From contig CAYSHH010000005.1 in the NCBI GenBank assembly GCA_964430945.1, forward strand, positions 334-64,333: a DNA stretch of 64,000 bases, read 5' to 3'. Shown here one piece after another: positions 29,986-41,051 of this stretch. The DNA comes from an uncultured Candidatus Saccharibacteria bacterium (GTDB lineage Bacteria > Patescibacteriota > UBA1384 > JAMDBS01 > CAYSHH01). The stretch's first letter is position 1, and each line of letters starts with the position of its first letter. The notes under the pieces were generated by a model. It was not told where the DNA came from. It was given only the letters and a program-made list of their open reading frames with translations, and made no database searches. The translations under genes were made by a program, and so were the position numbers.

Positions 29986-32900
29986 TTAATAAATATCTTC
30001 AACTTCTCTAATTTTTAAAATTTTGTCTTTGATCAATTCCAGATCAGATTGTTTCTTGGTATTAATCTCTTTAACCGAATTGCCTTTTGTTGGTAATGAG
30101 ATTATAACTGTTTTTAATCCGGGACAGTTATTAACAATTTCTTTTATCTCGAGTAGAGTGTTTTTACTGGCTTTTTTTGAAAGCTCAATATATATTTTAT
30201 CATTTTTTACACTTGAATGAAGTTGATCGCTAATGGATTTCGCTTTGTCGGCCAAAATTTTTACAACGCCATCTTTCGTATTTAACGATCCTTTTACTAA
30301 TATAATATTATCTTCCTCCCATACTTTTGGATTTGTAGCATAAGTCTTAGGAAATACCAGTATTTCTATACTAGAGGTGGAATCTTCGAGGGTAACAAAA
30401 GCCATCTCTTCTTTAGAACGTTTGGTGATTATTTTTTTGATACTTGCGACTACACCACCAATAATTACTTTTCCTTTAGTTTTATCTTGGATTGACCTTA
30501 TTGATTGAGTTTTCTTCTTCAATATATGTTTATACTCGTCCAAGGGGTGTTCACTGAGATAAATTCCTAAAAATTCCTTTTCCCATGAAAGACGTTGTCT
30601 TTTTTCTTCAGGTTCAACCTCTGGTAATCTCATTTTATTAAAACTATCATCAACTTTTTTGTCAGTATCAAATAGTCCCATCTGCCCACTTGCAGATTGT
30701 TTGTGTGTTTCTTTGGCGTATTTTAAAATTGTTTCGATTCCCAATAAAAATTCATTTCTTGAACCAAAACAATCCAATGCACCAGATTTGGCAAGACTTT
30801 CAATGGTTTTTTTATTTACCACTTCAGTTCCTAATCTTTTTACAAAGTCTTCTAGATCTTTATATTTTCCATGTTTACTTCTATCTGCGACTATCATCTC
30901 AGAAGCTTTATAACCAACACCCTTAATGGCCGAAAGTCCAAACGTGATATTCCCTGTTTCAGATATTACACCGAACTCAACAAATGATTCATTAACCGAT
31001 GGAGGCTGAACCTCAATACCCATTTCGTCACACTCTGCAATTTCAATTGCAACCCTATCAAGATTTCCGAAATCAGATGTTAAAAGTGCTGCCATAAAAC
31101 ATGATGGATATTTTGCTTTAAGATAAGCCGTCCAATAGGCTATCATGGCATAACACGCAGCATGAGATTTGTTAAATCCATAAGCTGCAAATGGTTCGAT
31201 AAAGTGCCATATTTTTTTAGCAGTATCTTTGGGAATTTTATTTTTAACCATTCCTTGAATTAGTTTTTCTTTCTGTTGATCCAGAAGCTCTTTAATCTTT
31301 TTACCCACTGCTTTACGCAATACATCTGCTTCACCATAAGAAAATCCCGCGAGAGATCTCGCTATTTGCATTAGCTGTTCTTGATATACTGCGATACCGT
31401 ATGTTTTATTAAGTATGGGTTCAAGTTTTGGGTGGAGATAAGTAATCTTTTTTGTGCCGTGTTTTCCTGCAATATAGTCTGGTATGTTTTCCATAGGACC
31501 AGGTCGATAAAGTGCTACCATGGCAATAATATCTTCAAATGTTGACGGCTTTAGTTGTTTCAAATAGCGCTTCATACCGGTTGACTCCAGTTGGAATACT
31601 CCAGTTGTTCTACCATCGGATAGAAGTTTGTAGGCCGATTTATCATCTGTCGGAACTTTTGTAATATCTATATCTTTATTATGAATTTTTTTGACAATTC
31701 TAATACAATTTTTAATAACTGTAAGATTTGACAAACCGAGAAAATCCATTTTAAGAAGTCCTATTTCCTCAACATATTTCATAGAGTATTGAGTGGTAAT
31801 ACTCGTTTCTCCCTTAGCAGCAGTTTGTAAAGGCAAGTATTCCGTAAGGTGTTCTTTTGAGATCACTACACCACAAGCGTGAGTTCCCGCATGTCTAGCA
31901 ACGCCTTCTAATTTTTTCGCCATATTGATAAGTTTTCTTATATTCTCCTCATCATTATAGATTTGCTTAAGTTCTTTGACTTCGTCCAAAGCCTCTTGAA
32001 GCCCACTGCCTGTCGGTATTAGTTTGGCTACTCTATCGCCATCCTCGTAACCCATACCTAAAGCACGAGCCGTATCCCTGATGGAACCTCTTGCGGCCAT
32101 AGTACCGAAAGTAATGATTTGAGACACATTATCTACTCCATATCTGTCCTGAACATATTTAATTACTTCGCCACGTCTATCGTCGGCAAAATCAACATCA
32201 ATATCAGGCATGGAAATTCTTTCTGGATTCAAAAATCTCTCAAAAATAAGTCCGTATTTTGTTGGCTCTAGATCGGTAATATTGAGACAATATGCAACCA
32301 TCGATCCAGCGGCTGATCCTCTGCCAGGTCCCACAATCACTCCATTATTTTTAGCCCAGTTAATGAAATCTTGAACTATCAAAAAATAGTCTGCATAACC
32401 AGTTTTTTTAATAATTGAAAGCTCGTATTCGAACCGTTTTTTTTGATCATCAGTTATATCAGGATATTTTTGTTTAAGACCCACTCTTGCCAATTTTTCC
32501 ATGTAGCCAATTGAAGTTAGTCCTTTGGGCAATTCAAATTGTGGTAAGATAATATCTCCAAGTTTGAGCTCTAAATTACACTTATCGGCAATCTTTAAAG
32601 TATTTTCAAGAACTTCAGGATGATCTGCAAATATTTTTTTAGCATGATCAGGTGAATAAAAAGAAAGATCGGAATTGATCATCGAAAGACGTGATTTATC
32701 ATCAAAATCTTTTCCCGTTTGTACAGCAAGTAACACCTCATGGACTTCTCGATCTTCGATATCGGGATAATGCGAATCATTTGATGCGATCACTAGGGTA
32801 TTTGTTTCTTTCGCAAGTTTATAAATAGCTTTATTTGCTATCACTTGTCCAGGAAGTTCTGGGCGATGTTGTACCTCCAAATAAAAATCATCATCACCAA

Positions 32901-33399
32901 ATACTTTTTTATAAAAAGCAATTGCTTCTTTGGCTTTGGAATATTTTCCAGACAAAACTAGTCTTGAAACTTCTCCATGTAAACACGCGCTTGTAGCAAT
33001 GAGTCCTTCTCCATGATGTCTTAAAATATTTTTATCAATTCTTGGTTTATAATAATACCCCTTAAGATGAGCTTCTGTCACTAGCTTAATAAGATTTTTG
33101 TATCCAACTTTATTTTTTGCCAAAAGGACTAAATGATATGGTCTAGTATCAATCCTGGGAGTTTTATCCATCATTGTTCTCGGTGCAATATAAACTTCGC
33201 AACCAATAATTGGCTTTATGTTATTTTTTTTACACTCTTCATAAAATTCTATAGTTCCATACATAACTCCATGATCAGTAAGAGCCACCGCGGGCATATC
33301 ATATTCTTTGGCCTTGGCGACAATATCTGGGATCTTAGATAATCCGTCCAGAAGAGAGTAATGTGAATGGTTATGTAGATGTATAAAATTTGAGCTCAT
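29986..33399 (-). CDS. dnaE: DNA polymerase III alpha subunit
   Basis: PHP HLHNHSHYSLLDG, GRGSAAGS, MPDIDVDF, YGFNKSH, C-terminal OB fold. Confidence 0.97.
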   Translation of the reverse strand: MSSNFIHLHNHSHYSLLDGLSKIPDIVAKAKEYDMPAVALTDHGVMYGTIEFYEECKKNNIKPIIGCEVYIAPRTMMDKTPRIDTRPYHLVLLAKNKVGYKNLIKLVTEAHLKGYYYKPRIDKNILRHHGEGLIATSACLHGEVSRLVLSGKYSKAKEAIAFYKKVFGDDDFYLEVQHRPELPGQVIANKAIYKLAKETNTLVIASNDSHYPDIEDREVHEVLLAVQTGKDFDDKSRLSMINSDLSFYSPDHAKKIFADHPEVLENTLKIADKCNLELKLGDIILPQFELPKGLTSIGYMEKLARVGLKQKYPDITDDQKKRFEYELSIIKKTGYADYFLIVQDFINWAKNNGVIVGPGRGSAAGSMVAYCLNITDLEPTKYGLIFERFLNPERISMPDIDVDFADDRRGEVIKYVQDRYGVDNVSQIITFGTMAARGSIRDTARALGMGYEDGDRVAKLIPTGSGLQEALDEVKELKQIYNDEENIRKLINMAKKLEGVARHAGTHACGVVISKEHLTEYLPLQTAAKGETSITTQYSMKYVEEIGLLKMDFLGLSNLTVIKNCIRIVKKIHNKDIDITKVPTDDKSAYKLLSDGRTTGVFQLESTGMKRYLKQLKPSTFEDIIAMVALYRPGPMENIPDYIAGKHGTKKITYLHPKLEPILNKTYGIAVYQEQLMQIARSLAGFSYGEADVLRKAVGKKIKELLDQQKEKLIQGMVKNKIPKDTAKKIWHFIEPFAAYGFNKSHAACYAMIAYWTAYLKAKYPSCFMAALLTSDFGNLDRVAIEIAECDEMGIEVQPPSVNESFVEFGVISETGNITFGLSAIKGVGYKASEMIVADRSKHGKYKDLEDFVKRLGTEVVNKKTIESLAKSGALDCFGSRNEFLLGIETILKYAKETHKQSASGQMGLFDTDKKVDDSFNKMRLPEVEPEEKRQRLSWEKEFLGIYLSEHPLDEYKHILKKKTQSIRSIQDKTKGKVIIGGVVASIKKIITKRSKEEMAFVTLEDSTSSIEILVFPKTYATNPKVWEEDNIILVKGSLNTKDGVVKILADKAKSISDQLHSSVKNDKIYIELSKKASKNTLLEIKEIVNNCPGLKTVIISLPTKGNSVKEINTKKQSDLELIKDKILKIREVEDIY

Positions 33400-33443
33400 A
33401 AGAATTGATAATAATAGGATATATAGGTATAATTGTTTAAATT

Positions 33444-34610
33444 ATGAATAAATACATATTTATATTAGGAAACCACCCAGAGATTTCCATTGGAGAAATC
33501 AAAAACCTGTTTAAATTTCTTGGCATCAATACTACATATAGAAGTTTAACAAGAGAAATACTTATAGTAAATACTGAAGAATCATTGGATGTAAAATATA
33601 TTATGCGATTGCTTGGTGGGACTATTAAGATAACTGAATTTCTATATGAGGATGATTATATATCTTTAGAGAAAATACTTAATGTTTTTGGCAATGATAT
33701 CAAAATTAGAATTGGAATCAGTAGTTATGATAAAAGTATTGATAGAAATCATATTACTAACTACCTCAAAAAACTAAAAAAAATAGCCAATAACAGCGGT
33801 AAAAAAATAAATTTCATATTGCCTAAGGAGAATAACTCGCTCAGCAGTGCCCAAGTATTTCATAAAATATTACCCAAGGGCTACGAAATAAATATTTTTC
33901 GATCAGGGAAAAAATACATTTTTTCTAAAACTCTGTTAGTTCAAGATGTTAATACATTATCAAAATTGGACTATGGTGTTCCGTATACACAAACAAAGGC
34001 TGGAATGTTGCCGCCAAAACTTGCCCAAATGATGATAAATTTATCATTGCCCGACCATGGTATCTCTCCAATATTTTATGATCCATTTTGTGGTACTGGT
34101 AGAGTTATTATACAAGCTTTGTTTATGGGTTTTACTAATATTTATGGTTCTGACATTAATCAGGAAGCGATAACAAAATCTAAAAAAAATGTAGACTGGC
34201 TTACGGATCGCTTTGGTGTCGATATTGATAGTAGTTGGACAGATAAACATATTTTTACACATGATACTCAAGATCCAGATTATCCAATTGATAAAAAAAT
34301 AAATTCCTTGGTTTGCGAACCAGATCTTGGCAAAGCCCATAAATTAATGCCGAGTTCAGATGAAATAAACAACGAATTCGAAGGGCTAGAAAAACTGTAT
34401 TTGAATAGTTTTAAGGCTCTCCAAAACATAATAATAAATAATACAAGGGTAGTAGTTGTATTTCCAAAAATTGGAAATAATAGTCTCTATGAAAAGTTAG
34501 TTGACAAATTAGAATTATTTGGTTATCATATGGAAAGAAATTTTATCTATAAAAGAGACTATCAAATAGTCGAAAGACACATATGTGTGTTTCGTTTTAC
34601 GTCTAACTAA
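33444..34610 (+). CDS. Trm11/UPF0020-like SAM-dependent methyltransferase
   Basis: [31 protein letters not shown]. Confidence 0.8.
   Translation: MNKYIFILGNHPEISIGEIKNLFKFLGINTTYRSLTREILIVNTEESLDVKYIMRLLGGTIKITEFLYEDDYISLEKILNVFGNDIKIRIGISSYDKSIDRNHITNYLKKLKKIANNSGKKINFILPKENNSLSSAQVFHKILPKGYEINIFRSGKKYIFSKTLLVQDVNTLSKLDYGVPYTQTKAGMLPPKLAQMMINLSLPDHGISPIFYDPFCGTGRVIIQALFMGFTNIYGSDINQEAITKSKKNVDWLTDRFGVDIDSSWTDKHIFTHDTQDPDYPIDKKINSLVCEPDLGKAHKLMPSSDEINNEFEGLEKLYLNSFKALQNIIINNTRVVVVFPKIGNNSLYEKLVDKLELFGYHMERNFIYKRDYQIVERHICVFRFTSN
34501..34529 (+). promoter_or_regulatory. probable internal sigma70 promoter for rpmA-rplS
   Basis: TTGACA-17nt-TATCAT about 95 nt upstream of rpmA. Confidence 0.5.
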
Positions 34611-34624
34611 CCCGAGGAGAATAT

Positions 34625-34909
34625 ATGGCGCATAAAAAAGCTGGTGGATCTACAAGACTAGGAAGAGATTCGCAGGCAAAAAGACTTGGAATAAAAAAAT
34701 TTGGCGGACAATCTGTAAAACCTGGTGATATTTTAGTACGACAAAGAGGAACTTTCTACAGAGCTGGAGCAAACGTCAAATCTGGTAAGGATTACACGTT
34801 GTTTTCTGTGGCTAATGGTATAGTAGAATATAAGAAGAAAAAAGTAAGATTATATACATCGAATCTTAAAACGAGACAATTTGTATCAGTAACAAAGAAA
34901 GAAAAATAA
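34625..34909 (+). CDS. rpmA: 50S ribosomal protein L27
   Basis: [22 protein letters not shown]. Confidence 0.97.
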   Translation: MAHKKAGGSTRLGRDSQAKRLGIKKFGGQSVKPGDILVRQRGTFYRAGANVKSGKDYTLFSVANGIVEYKKKKVRLYTSNLKTRQFVSVTKKEK

Positions 34910-35511
34910 TGAAACTACTAGATGTTTTTCAAAAAAGACATGCTAAAAAAAATACACCAGATTTAAGAAGTGGTGATGTTGTTCGAGTCCATGAACAAAT
35001 CAAAGAAGGTAAAAAAGAGAGAATTCAAATATATGAAGGCATCGTAATATCTATTAAAGGCGGAAAAAATCTTAATGCTACATTTACAGTAAGAAAAATT
35101 AGCCTTGGTATTGGAGTAGAAAAGACTTACCCACTTCATAGTCCTAAAATTATTAAAGTTGAGACAATTAGAAGAATACGCTCAAAAAAATCGAAATTAT
35201 ATTATTTGAGAGACCTGACTCAAAAACAAATCCAAAAACGTTCAGAGTTATCTAAATACGTTGCCTGGGAAGATAACAAGGCTAAAGAAGAAGTGGAAGC
35301 TCTTAAGACAAAAAAAGAAGACGAAGCCAAAAAAAAGGAAGCAGAAAAAAAGGCAGAGCAGAAAGAGATTGATGAAAAATTTGCTCAAAACAGAGGCGAA
35401 GAGATTAAAGAGCCAAAGGATACTAAGGAAAAAAATAAAAAAGATTCAGATGATTCAAAAGAATCAAAGGGATCAAGCAATGACAAAAAAGACGAAAAAC
35501 CTGGGAAATAA
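34909..35511 (+). CDS. rplS: 50S ribosomal protein L19 with charged C-terminal extension
   Basis: GDVVRVH..EGKKERIQ..TFTVRK..GVEK..KLYYLR. Confidence 0.95.
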   Translation: MKLLDVFQKRHAKKNTPDLRSGDVVRVHEQIKEGKKERIQIYEGIVISIKGGKNLNATFTVRKISLGIGVEKTYPLHSPKIIKVETIRRIRSKKSKLYYLRDLTQKQIQKRSELSKYVAWEDNKAKEEVEALKTKKEDEAKKKEAEKKAEQKEIDEKFAQNRGEEIKEPKDTKEKNKKDSDDSKESKGSSNDKKDEKPGK

Positions 35512-35836
35512 AGGTGAGGAACTTGCGGTAAAGTATTTGAAAAACAAAAAATATCAAATATTAGATAGAAATTATCGTTCTCGATATGCAGAAGCAGATA
35601 TAATCGCCAGTAATGGCGATTATATTGTTTTGGTGGAAGTTAAAACTAAAATTTCTTTTGACCAGGGAAGCCCAGAAGAGATGGTTAATATTCATAAACA
35701 AAAGAAATTACGACTCTTAGCACGGGATCTAATGCAAAAGTACCCAGACGAGAATATTCGTGTCGATATCGTGGCAATAGATTATTCAAACAACGTTCCC
35801 AAAATAAATCATATTATAAATGCACTTGAAGAATAA
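35480..35836 (+). CDS. YraN/UPF0102 family protein
   Basis: GNKGEELA..YL..ILDRNYR..EADII..VEVK; start MTKK. Confidence 0.9.
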   Translation: MTKKTKNLGNKGEELAVKYLKNKKYQILDRNYRSRYAEADIIASNGDYIVLVEVKTKISFDQGSPEEMVNIHKQKKLRLLARDLMQKYPDENIRVDIVAIDYSNNVPKINHIINALEE

Positions 35837-35896
35837 TTTCATTGAAAAATACCTTAAATTGGCATATGATATATAAAATAGTGTTTATTGGTTTTT

Positions 35897-36574
35897 ATGG
35901 ATAATTTAAATAACAACAAAAAGAGTAATTCTGTATTGATCGTTTTTTTAATCGTTATCACTTTTGGGCTTATATTGGGTGGCTATTATTTGTGGCAAAA
36001 AGACATTGAAAATGAAGAAGAAATGATTGAGCCGATTAAAACAGTTGAATTGTCTAGTAATGATCCAACTATAGTTACACCAACAACTAAAAATGATTCT
36101 AGTTCAGGATGGCTGACTTACAATAATGATAATTTTGGGTATACTATTTCTTACCCAAAAGAATACAAACTCTCGGATAGTTGTTTTAATAGTCAAACTG
36201 GAAAATACGATGAATATTTGGAATCGCCTAAATGGTTGGTAATAATTGATAAAAATATGGATTATAATTTCCCCTATTGCGAATCTGATTTTCCACAGAT
36301 GGAATTAATGGTTAAATCATTTGACAATGAAATAGATATCAACGAAATGATGGAACAGAGCGATACTGATATTGAAGACACTGCTCAAATTGGAGATAAT
36401 GCTTGGGCGCGTCAGATTATGACTGAGCCAAGTGAATTTGATGGAGAATACTCAACTTACTTATTTTTAAATAAAGACGGGAAAGGATATGAAATTGATA
36501 TAAAAAACACTGATTCGGACGGTACACATGAAAAAATAATTGATGAGATTATTGGAACCCTAAGCTTTAACTAA
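35897..36574 (+). CDS. membrane-anchored extracellular protein (PsbP-like)
   Basis: TM, Ser/Thr linker, WLTYNNDNFGYTISYP, C-terminal IDEIIGTLSF. Confidence 0.65.
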   Translation: MDNLNNNKKSNSVLIVFLIVITFGLILGGYYLWQKDIENEEEMIEPIKTVELSSNDPTIVTPTTKNDSSSGWLTYNNDNFGYTISYPKEYKLSDSCFNSQTGKYDEYLESPKWLVIIDKNMDYNFPYCESDFPQMELMVKSFDNEIDINEMMEQSDTDIEDTAQIGDNAWARQIMTEPSEFDGEYSTYLFLNKDGKGYEIDIKNTDSDGTHEKIIDEIIGTLSFN

Positions 36575-36582
36575 ATATTTTT

Positions 36583-37899
36583 ATGAATAAAGAACAAGTC
36601 ATAACACGTTTGGCTCCAAGTCCAACGGGATTATTTCATATTGGTACTGCCCGTACCGCGCTTTTTAATTATTTATTTGCCAAAAAGAATAATGGCAAGT
36701 TCATATTACGAATTGAGGACACGGACGCCAAAAGATCAAAAAAAGAATACGAACGAGATATTATTGATGGTATGAAATGGTTAAATCTCAAATGGAATGG
36801 AAGCATTTATTATCAATCAAATAGAAAAAAAATTTATAAAAAATACGTTGAGAAATTACTTAAAGAAGAAAAAGCATATAAATCTGAGGGCGCTATATGG
36901 TTCAGATTGTCAGCTTATTCAAAAGATATTATTGAATATGATGATCTTGTCCTAGGAAAATTAAAATTCAATAAATTAAATTTTAATGATTTTGTACTAA
37001 TTAAATCAGATGGCGTGCCTCTTTATATGTTTGCGGCTGTTGTCGATGATTATGAAATGGGCATGACACATATAATACGTGGTGATGATCATGTGAATAG
37101 CACTCCCCAGCAAATTATGCTTTATGATGCGTTGGGAGTTAAGGCGCCAAGGTTCGCGCATATACCGATGATTTTGAATTCAGATAGAACAAAAATGAGC
37201 AAGCGTAAAAATCCAGTGTCGATCACTCGTGATTTTCGCGATCAAGGATACTTACCAGAAGCAATGATAAACTACATGGCACTTCTTGGATGGAACCCTA
37301 AAACAGATCAAGAAAAATTTGACCTAAATCAGCTCATTAAAGCATTTGATATATCAAAAGTAAATAAATCCGGAGCAATTTTTGATATTGAGAAATTAAA
37401 TTATTTTAATAAGATTCATATGCGTGATTTATCAGATGAAATATTGGTCAACAAACTTTGTGCGAAAAACAATGAGTATAGTAAATTTGATAAAAAATTT
37501 TTATCTAAGATAATGAAGGTAGAATTGAATAGGATGCCTACGCTGCTTAATTTCCCCTCAACGAATAGTTTTTATTTTAAATTTGACGGTGAATACGATA
37601 AACAATTAATTATATTTAAAAAATCTAATCTAAAAAAATCTTTACTGGGAATAACTTCTGTATATAATACACTACTCAAATCAAAAAAAGATATTTGGAG
37701 CAGTAAAGATATTTTGAATGAGATTCTTCTTGAAATTGTAAAAGCTAACGAACTTGGAAACGGTGATGTTTTTTGGCCGGTGCGTGTCGCACTTTCTGGT
37801 CTCGATAGGTCAGCATCACCTCCAGAACTTTTATGGGTATTTGGAAAAGAGGAATCTATTGAACGCATAAAAATTGCAATAGATAAGTTATCTAAATAA
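36583..37899 (+). CDS. gltX: glutamate--tRNA ligase
   Basis: RLAPSPTG..HIGT, LRIEDTD, HIIRGDDH, KMSKR. Confidence 0.95.
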   Translation: MNKEQVITRLAPSPTGLFHIGTARTALFNYLFAKKNNGKFILRIEDTDAKRSKKEYERDIIDGMKWLNLKWNGSIYYQSNRKKIYKKYVEKLLKEEKAYKSEGAIWFRLSAYSKDIIEYDDLVLGKLKFNKLNFNDFVLIKSDGVPLYMFAAVVDDYEMGMTHIIRGDDHVNSTPQQIMLYDALGVKAPRFAHIPMILNSDRTKMSKRKNPVSITRDFRDQGYLPEAMINYMALLGWNPKTDQEKFDLNQLIKAFDISKVNKSGAIFDIEKLNYFNKIHMRDLSDEILVNKLCAKNNEYSKFDKKFLSKIMKVELNRMPTLLNFPSTNSFYFKFDGEYDKQLIIFKKSNLKKSLLGITSVYNTLLKSKKDIWSSKDILNEILLEIVKANELGNGDVFWPVRVALSGLDRSASPPELLWVFGKEESIERIKIAIDKLSK

Positions 37900-37904
37900 T
37901 AGAC

Positions 37905-39512
37905 ATGAATAAGATAATAAAAAAACTGAGCGGTCAGAACTCTATTCGTGGCGCGACCGTTATATTGATCGTGACACTATTTTTGTCAAATATTTTAGGA
38001 CTTATTCGTGATCATTATCTTGCCCAAAAGATACCCACGACTATCCTTGATGCTTACTACGCTGCATTCAGAATACCAGACTTAGTATTTAATATTGTAA
38101 TACTCGGAGCGATAACTGCTTCTTTTATACCAGTATTTACCAAATATATTACTAAAAATAAATTAAACGATGGTTGGCACGTCGTTAGTTCATTTATAAA
38201 TATATCAGCTGTTGTATTGGTCATATTTTTGATAATACTATATTTCCTAATGCCTTATATTATTCCTCTTCTGGTTCCAGATTTTGACATTGAAAAACAA
38301 GAACTAACTTTGAATTTATCTAGATTAATACTACTTTCTCCATTGTTTTTTACACTCTCGTATATATTTGGAGCAGTTCTAAATTCATTTAAAAGATTTT
38401 TTGTATATTCACTAGCGCCATTGGTTTACAATTTGTGTATCATAATTGCAACATTATTTTTTGCTGATAGCATTGGAGTATACGGGGTTGTTTACGGAGT
38501 ATTGATTGGTGCTTTTTTCCATATGCTTATACAAATGATACAAGTATTTAAGATTGGGTTTAAATACAAATTTGATTTTGACTACAAAAACCCCGATGTA
38601 AGGAAAATTTTTAAATTAATGATACCAAGAGCTGTCGGCTTAGGATCGAATCAAATTATGCTTGTAGTATACACGGCAATAGCATCGACTCTTGCTGCCG
38701 GTTCCGTAGCGATCTATAATCTGGCTGATAATATTCAGACTATGCCTACGGTCGTGTTTGGAATATCATTCGCTACAGCAATATTTCCTACACTTTCTGA
38801 GCACTTTAACCAAAAGAAACTATCTGAATTTAGCTCACATATACATAAATCTATTAAGGCAATTGCCTATACATTAATACCTTTGTCTATCATGATAATC
38901 CTTCTTAGAGCACAGATTGTAAGATTGATTTTAGGATCTGGATATTTTGGATGGAATGAGACAATACTTGCCTATAATACTCTTGCATTTTTTATGTTAT
39001 CTTTATTCTTTCAGGGACTTATTCCACTATTCGCAAGGGCTTTTTATGCGATTCATAACACGAAAACCCCAACAATTATCAGTGTACTGAGTGTAATAAT
39101 CGGTATTATAATGGCTTATATATTTGCACCAGCTATGGGTGTTACTGGGCTAGCTCTGGGGTTTTCGATAGCCAGTGTATTTAACGCATTTGTACTTTAT
39201 CTATACCTTAGAAAAAACGTATTTGAAATTAAAAACCAAGAAGGTGGACTTGTAGTCTATCTTATAAAAGTATGTTTTGCGGCTATTGCAATGGGAATTG
39301 TGATGCAAATATTTAAAATATATGGAGGAGAATATTTTGACCTGAGTCGTTTCTGGGGAGTATTTGGACAAACACTTGTAGCATTTACCATAGGCGTAGT
39401 CACATATTTCGGCATTTCAAAAATTATTAAAATCGAACAACAAGAAGAACTTGTAAAACTTATTAGGAGATATTTAAATCAAAATGGAAAAAGAGAAATC
39501 AATAAAGACTAA
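37905..39512 (+). CDS. murJ: lipid II flippase MurJ/MviN
   Basis: LGLIRD, DAYYAAFRIPD, FIPVF, RAFYAIHNTKTP. Confidence 0.94.
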   Translation: MNKIIKKLSGQNSIRGATVILIVTLFLSNILGLIRDHYLAQKIPTTILDAYYAAFRIPDLVFNIVILGAITASFIPVFTKYITKNKLNDGWHVVSSFINISAVVLVIFLIILYFLMPYIIPLLVPDFDIEKQELTLNLSRLILLSPLFFTLSYIFGAVLNSFKRFFVYSLAPLVYNLCIIIATLFFADSIGVYGVVYGVLIGAFFHMLIQMIQVFKIGFKYKFDFDYKNPDVRKIFKLMIPRAVGLGSNQIMLVVYTAIASTLAAGSVAIYNLADNIQTMPTVVFGISFATAIFPTLSEHFNQKKLSEFSSHIHKSIKAIAYTLIPLSIMIILLRAQIVRLILGSGYFGWNETILAYNTLAFFMLSLFFQGLIPLFARAFYAIHNTKTPTIISVLSVIIGIIMAYIFAPAMGVTGLALGFSIASVFNAFVLYLYLRKNVFEIKNQEGGLVVYLIKVCFAAIAMGIVMQIFKIYGGEYFDLSRFWGVFGQTLVAFTIGVVTYFGISKIIKIEQQEELVKLIRRYLNQNGKREINKD

Positions 39513-39654
39513 AGGGAGCGAAGATTTTTATAAAAATCTCGACAAAAAAACAAAATACCAAGGAAACTGCTCATGCCTTGGCATGGTTGTATTACTCATT
39601 GCGCTCGGAGTAATAATATTTTTAGTATTTAGCTACTTTTATTTAAATAAATAA
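39484..39654 (+). CDS. 56-aa C-terminally anchored small protein
   Basis: Manual: MEKEKSIKTKGSEDFYKNLDKKTKYQGNCSCLGMVVLLIALGVIIFLVFSYFYLNK; overlaps murJ end. Confidence 0.5.
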   Translation: MEKEKSIKTKGSEDFYKNLDKKTKYQGNCSCLGMVVLLIALGVIIFLVFSYFYLNK

Positions 39655-39663
39655 TATCAATCC

Positions 39664-40950
39664 CTACCAATTCCATGGAAGAATATCTAGCACATCGAAA
39701 TTTTTAGAAGATGAACTTGGTATAGATGTTGGATTGATTGTTTGTGGGGAAGTTGAAGTAGAAGCAGGAGTAGGAGTAGAAACTTCTTTCGCGTTTTTTT
39801 CTTCTATAATTTCGGGCTCATCTTTGCCACGTGCTATAAATTCGGCTTTTACTATAAGGCGTTTATTATTAGTTCCTACTGGATAACAGGTCATAAGGGT
39901 TAGTGTATGTTTGTCTGTATTCTGTGCCAGTACGCTGACATCATTTGGATCAACGATGGTTTTTTCATATACTCGATAGATATAACCGTAATCGTCATAT
40001 CCAACACCAATTTCATCACCAACTTCAATCTGATCAAGATTTGTAAAAACAGTTTTGTAGCCTCCATCATCCCACCAGTAATATGATGAGTGGCCAGATA
40101 TAAACACATTTCCTTCGCCATCTTGGGCGCTCTCTCCTGGCCTAGAAGTTCCTTTGTAATGTACCACGCCATGTTTCAAATTTTCCATCATCGTGGCCTC
40201 ATCTACCGGGGAATCCCAAATAATAGGTGCTTTGACGTCTATTTTGGGTACCCATAGCTCATTATTTATAATTCCTCGTAATCCTAGTTCGTCTTTTGTT
40301 GGGCCTCTTTTGACTTCTTCTTTATCGTCGGTTGCTGGGGTATCGTATAATGTTACTGTCGACAAAAAAAGTAGATCTTCATTTGTACTGGCCGGGATAA
40401 TGGTTTGAACTTGTGGTTTTTCTCCAGTTCTTTCTTTGTAATTATATGATAATTTTTTCCACAATGCAGGAAAATTAAGAAATAGATATACAAATATAAA
40501 AGATCCAAGGACGAACAATGTCATTCGAAATACTAGTTTTATTGTATTGGTTCTTGGTTTTTTATCAATTGTCTGTTTGGTTTGCGTTGTATCGTCTGCA
40601 TGTTGCTGCGTTATATTTTCTTGATTAGTTTCTGGGGTATTAATCGGTTGTTTGGGCATTTGTGCATATTGCCTAGTGATTGACAATTTTTCATTATCGC
40701 TTAAAATTGGTTGTAAATTTTTTGTTTCATCATTTGTGACAGGTGGTCGATCAATTTCTAAGGATACATTTTTATAGCTGTCAGTTTTTGGAATAGATGA
40801 CGTTGAATTAATAACTTTTGTCTCGTTGTCTTTGGTGAGATCAAAAAGACTAACTTCTTCGTCATGTGTATCGTTTGGAGAAATATTTTCTAGATTAGAA
40901 GATTCTGAGTTGTTCGGTAAATTATTTTTATTACCACTAAAATTAGGCAT
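39664..40950 (-). CDS. sortase
   Basis: TM, LKHGVVHY, NVFISGHSS (His), TLMTC (Cys), GTNNKRL (Arg). Confidence 0.92.
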   Translation of the reverse strand: MPNFSGNKNNLPNNSESSNLENISPNDTHDEEVSLFDLTKDNETKVINSTSSIPKTDSYKNVSLEIDRPPVTNDETKNLQPILSDNEKLSITRQYAQMPKQPINTPETNQENITQQHADDTTQTKQTIDKKPRTNTIKLVFRMTLFVLGSFIFVYLFLNFPALWKKLSYNYKERTGEKPQVQTIIPASTNEDLLFLSTVTLYDTPATDDKEEVKRGPTKDELGLRGIINNELWVPKIDVKAPIIWDSPVDEATMMENLKHGVVHYKGTSRPGESAQDGEGNVFISGHSSYYWWDDGGYKTVFTNLDQIEVGDEIGVGYDDYGYIYRVYEKTIVDPNDVSVLAQNTDKHTLTLMTCYPVGTNNKRLIVKAEFIARGKDEPEIIEEKNAKEVSTPTPASTSTSPQTINPTSIPSSSSKNFDVLDILPWNW

Positions 40951-41003
40951 ATTAGCACCTTTAATAGATTATATTCTTCATATATATTATACTTTATATA
41001 TAG

Positions 41004-41033
41004 AAAAAACTCGACCTTATAGCCGAGTTTTTT
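41004..41033 (-). terminator. terminator of surface-protein operon
   Basis: AAAAAACTCG..CGAGTTTTTT hairpin after ORF ending at 41052. Confidence 0.65.
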
Positions 41034-41051
41034 AGAATACTTACGGTAAGA

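Noticed and set aside
35261-35479. N-terminal extension of YraN overlapping rplS
   Set aside because: Alternate-frame read of the A-rich L19 tail; YraN homology starts at 35480
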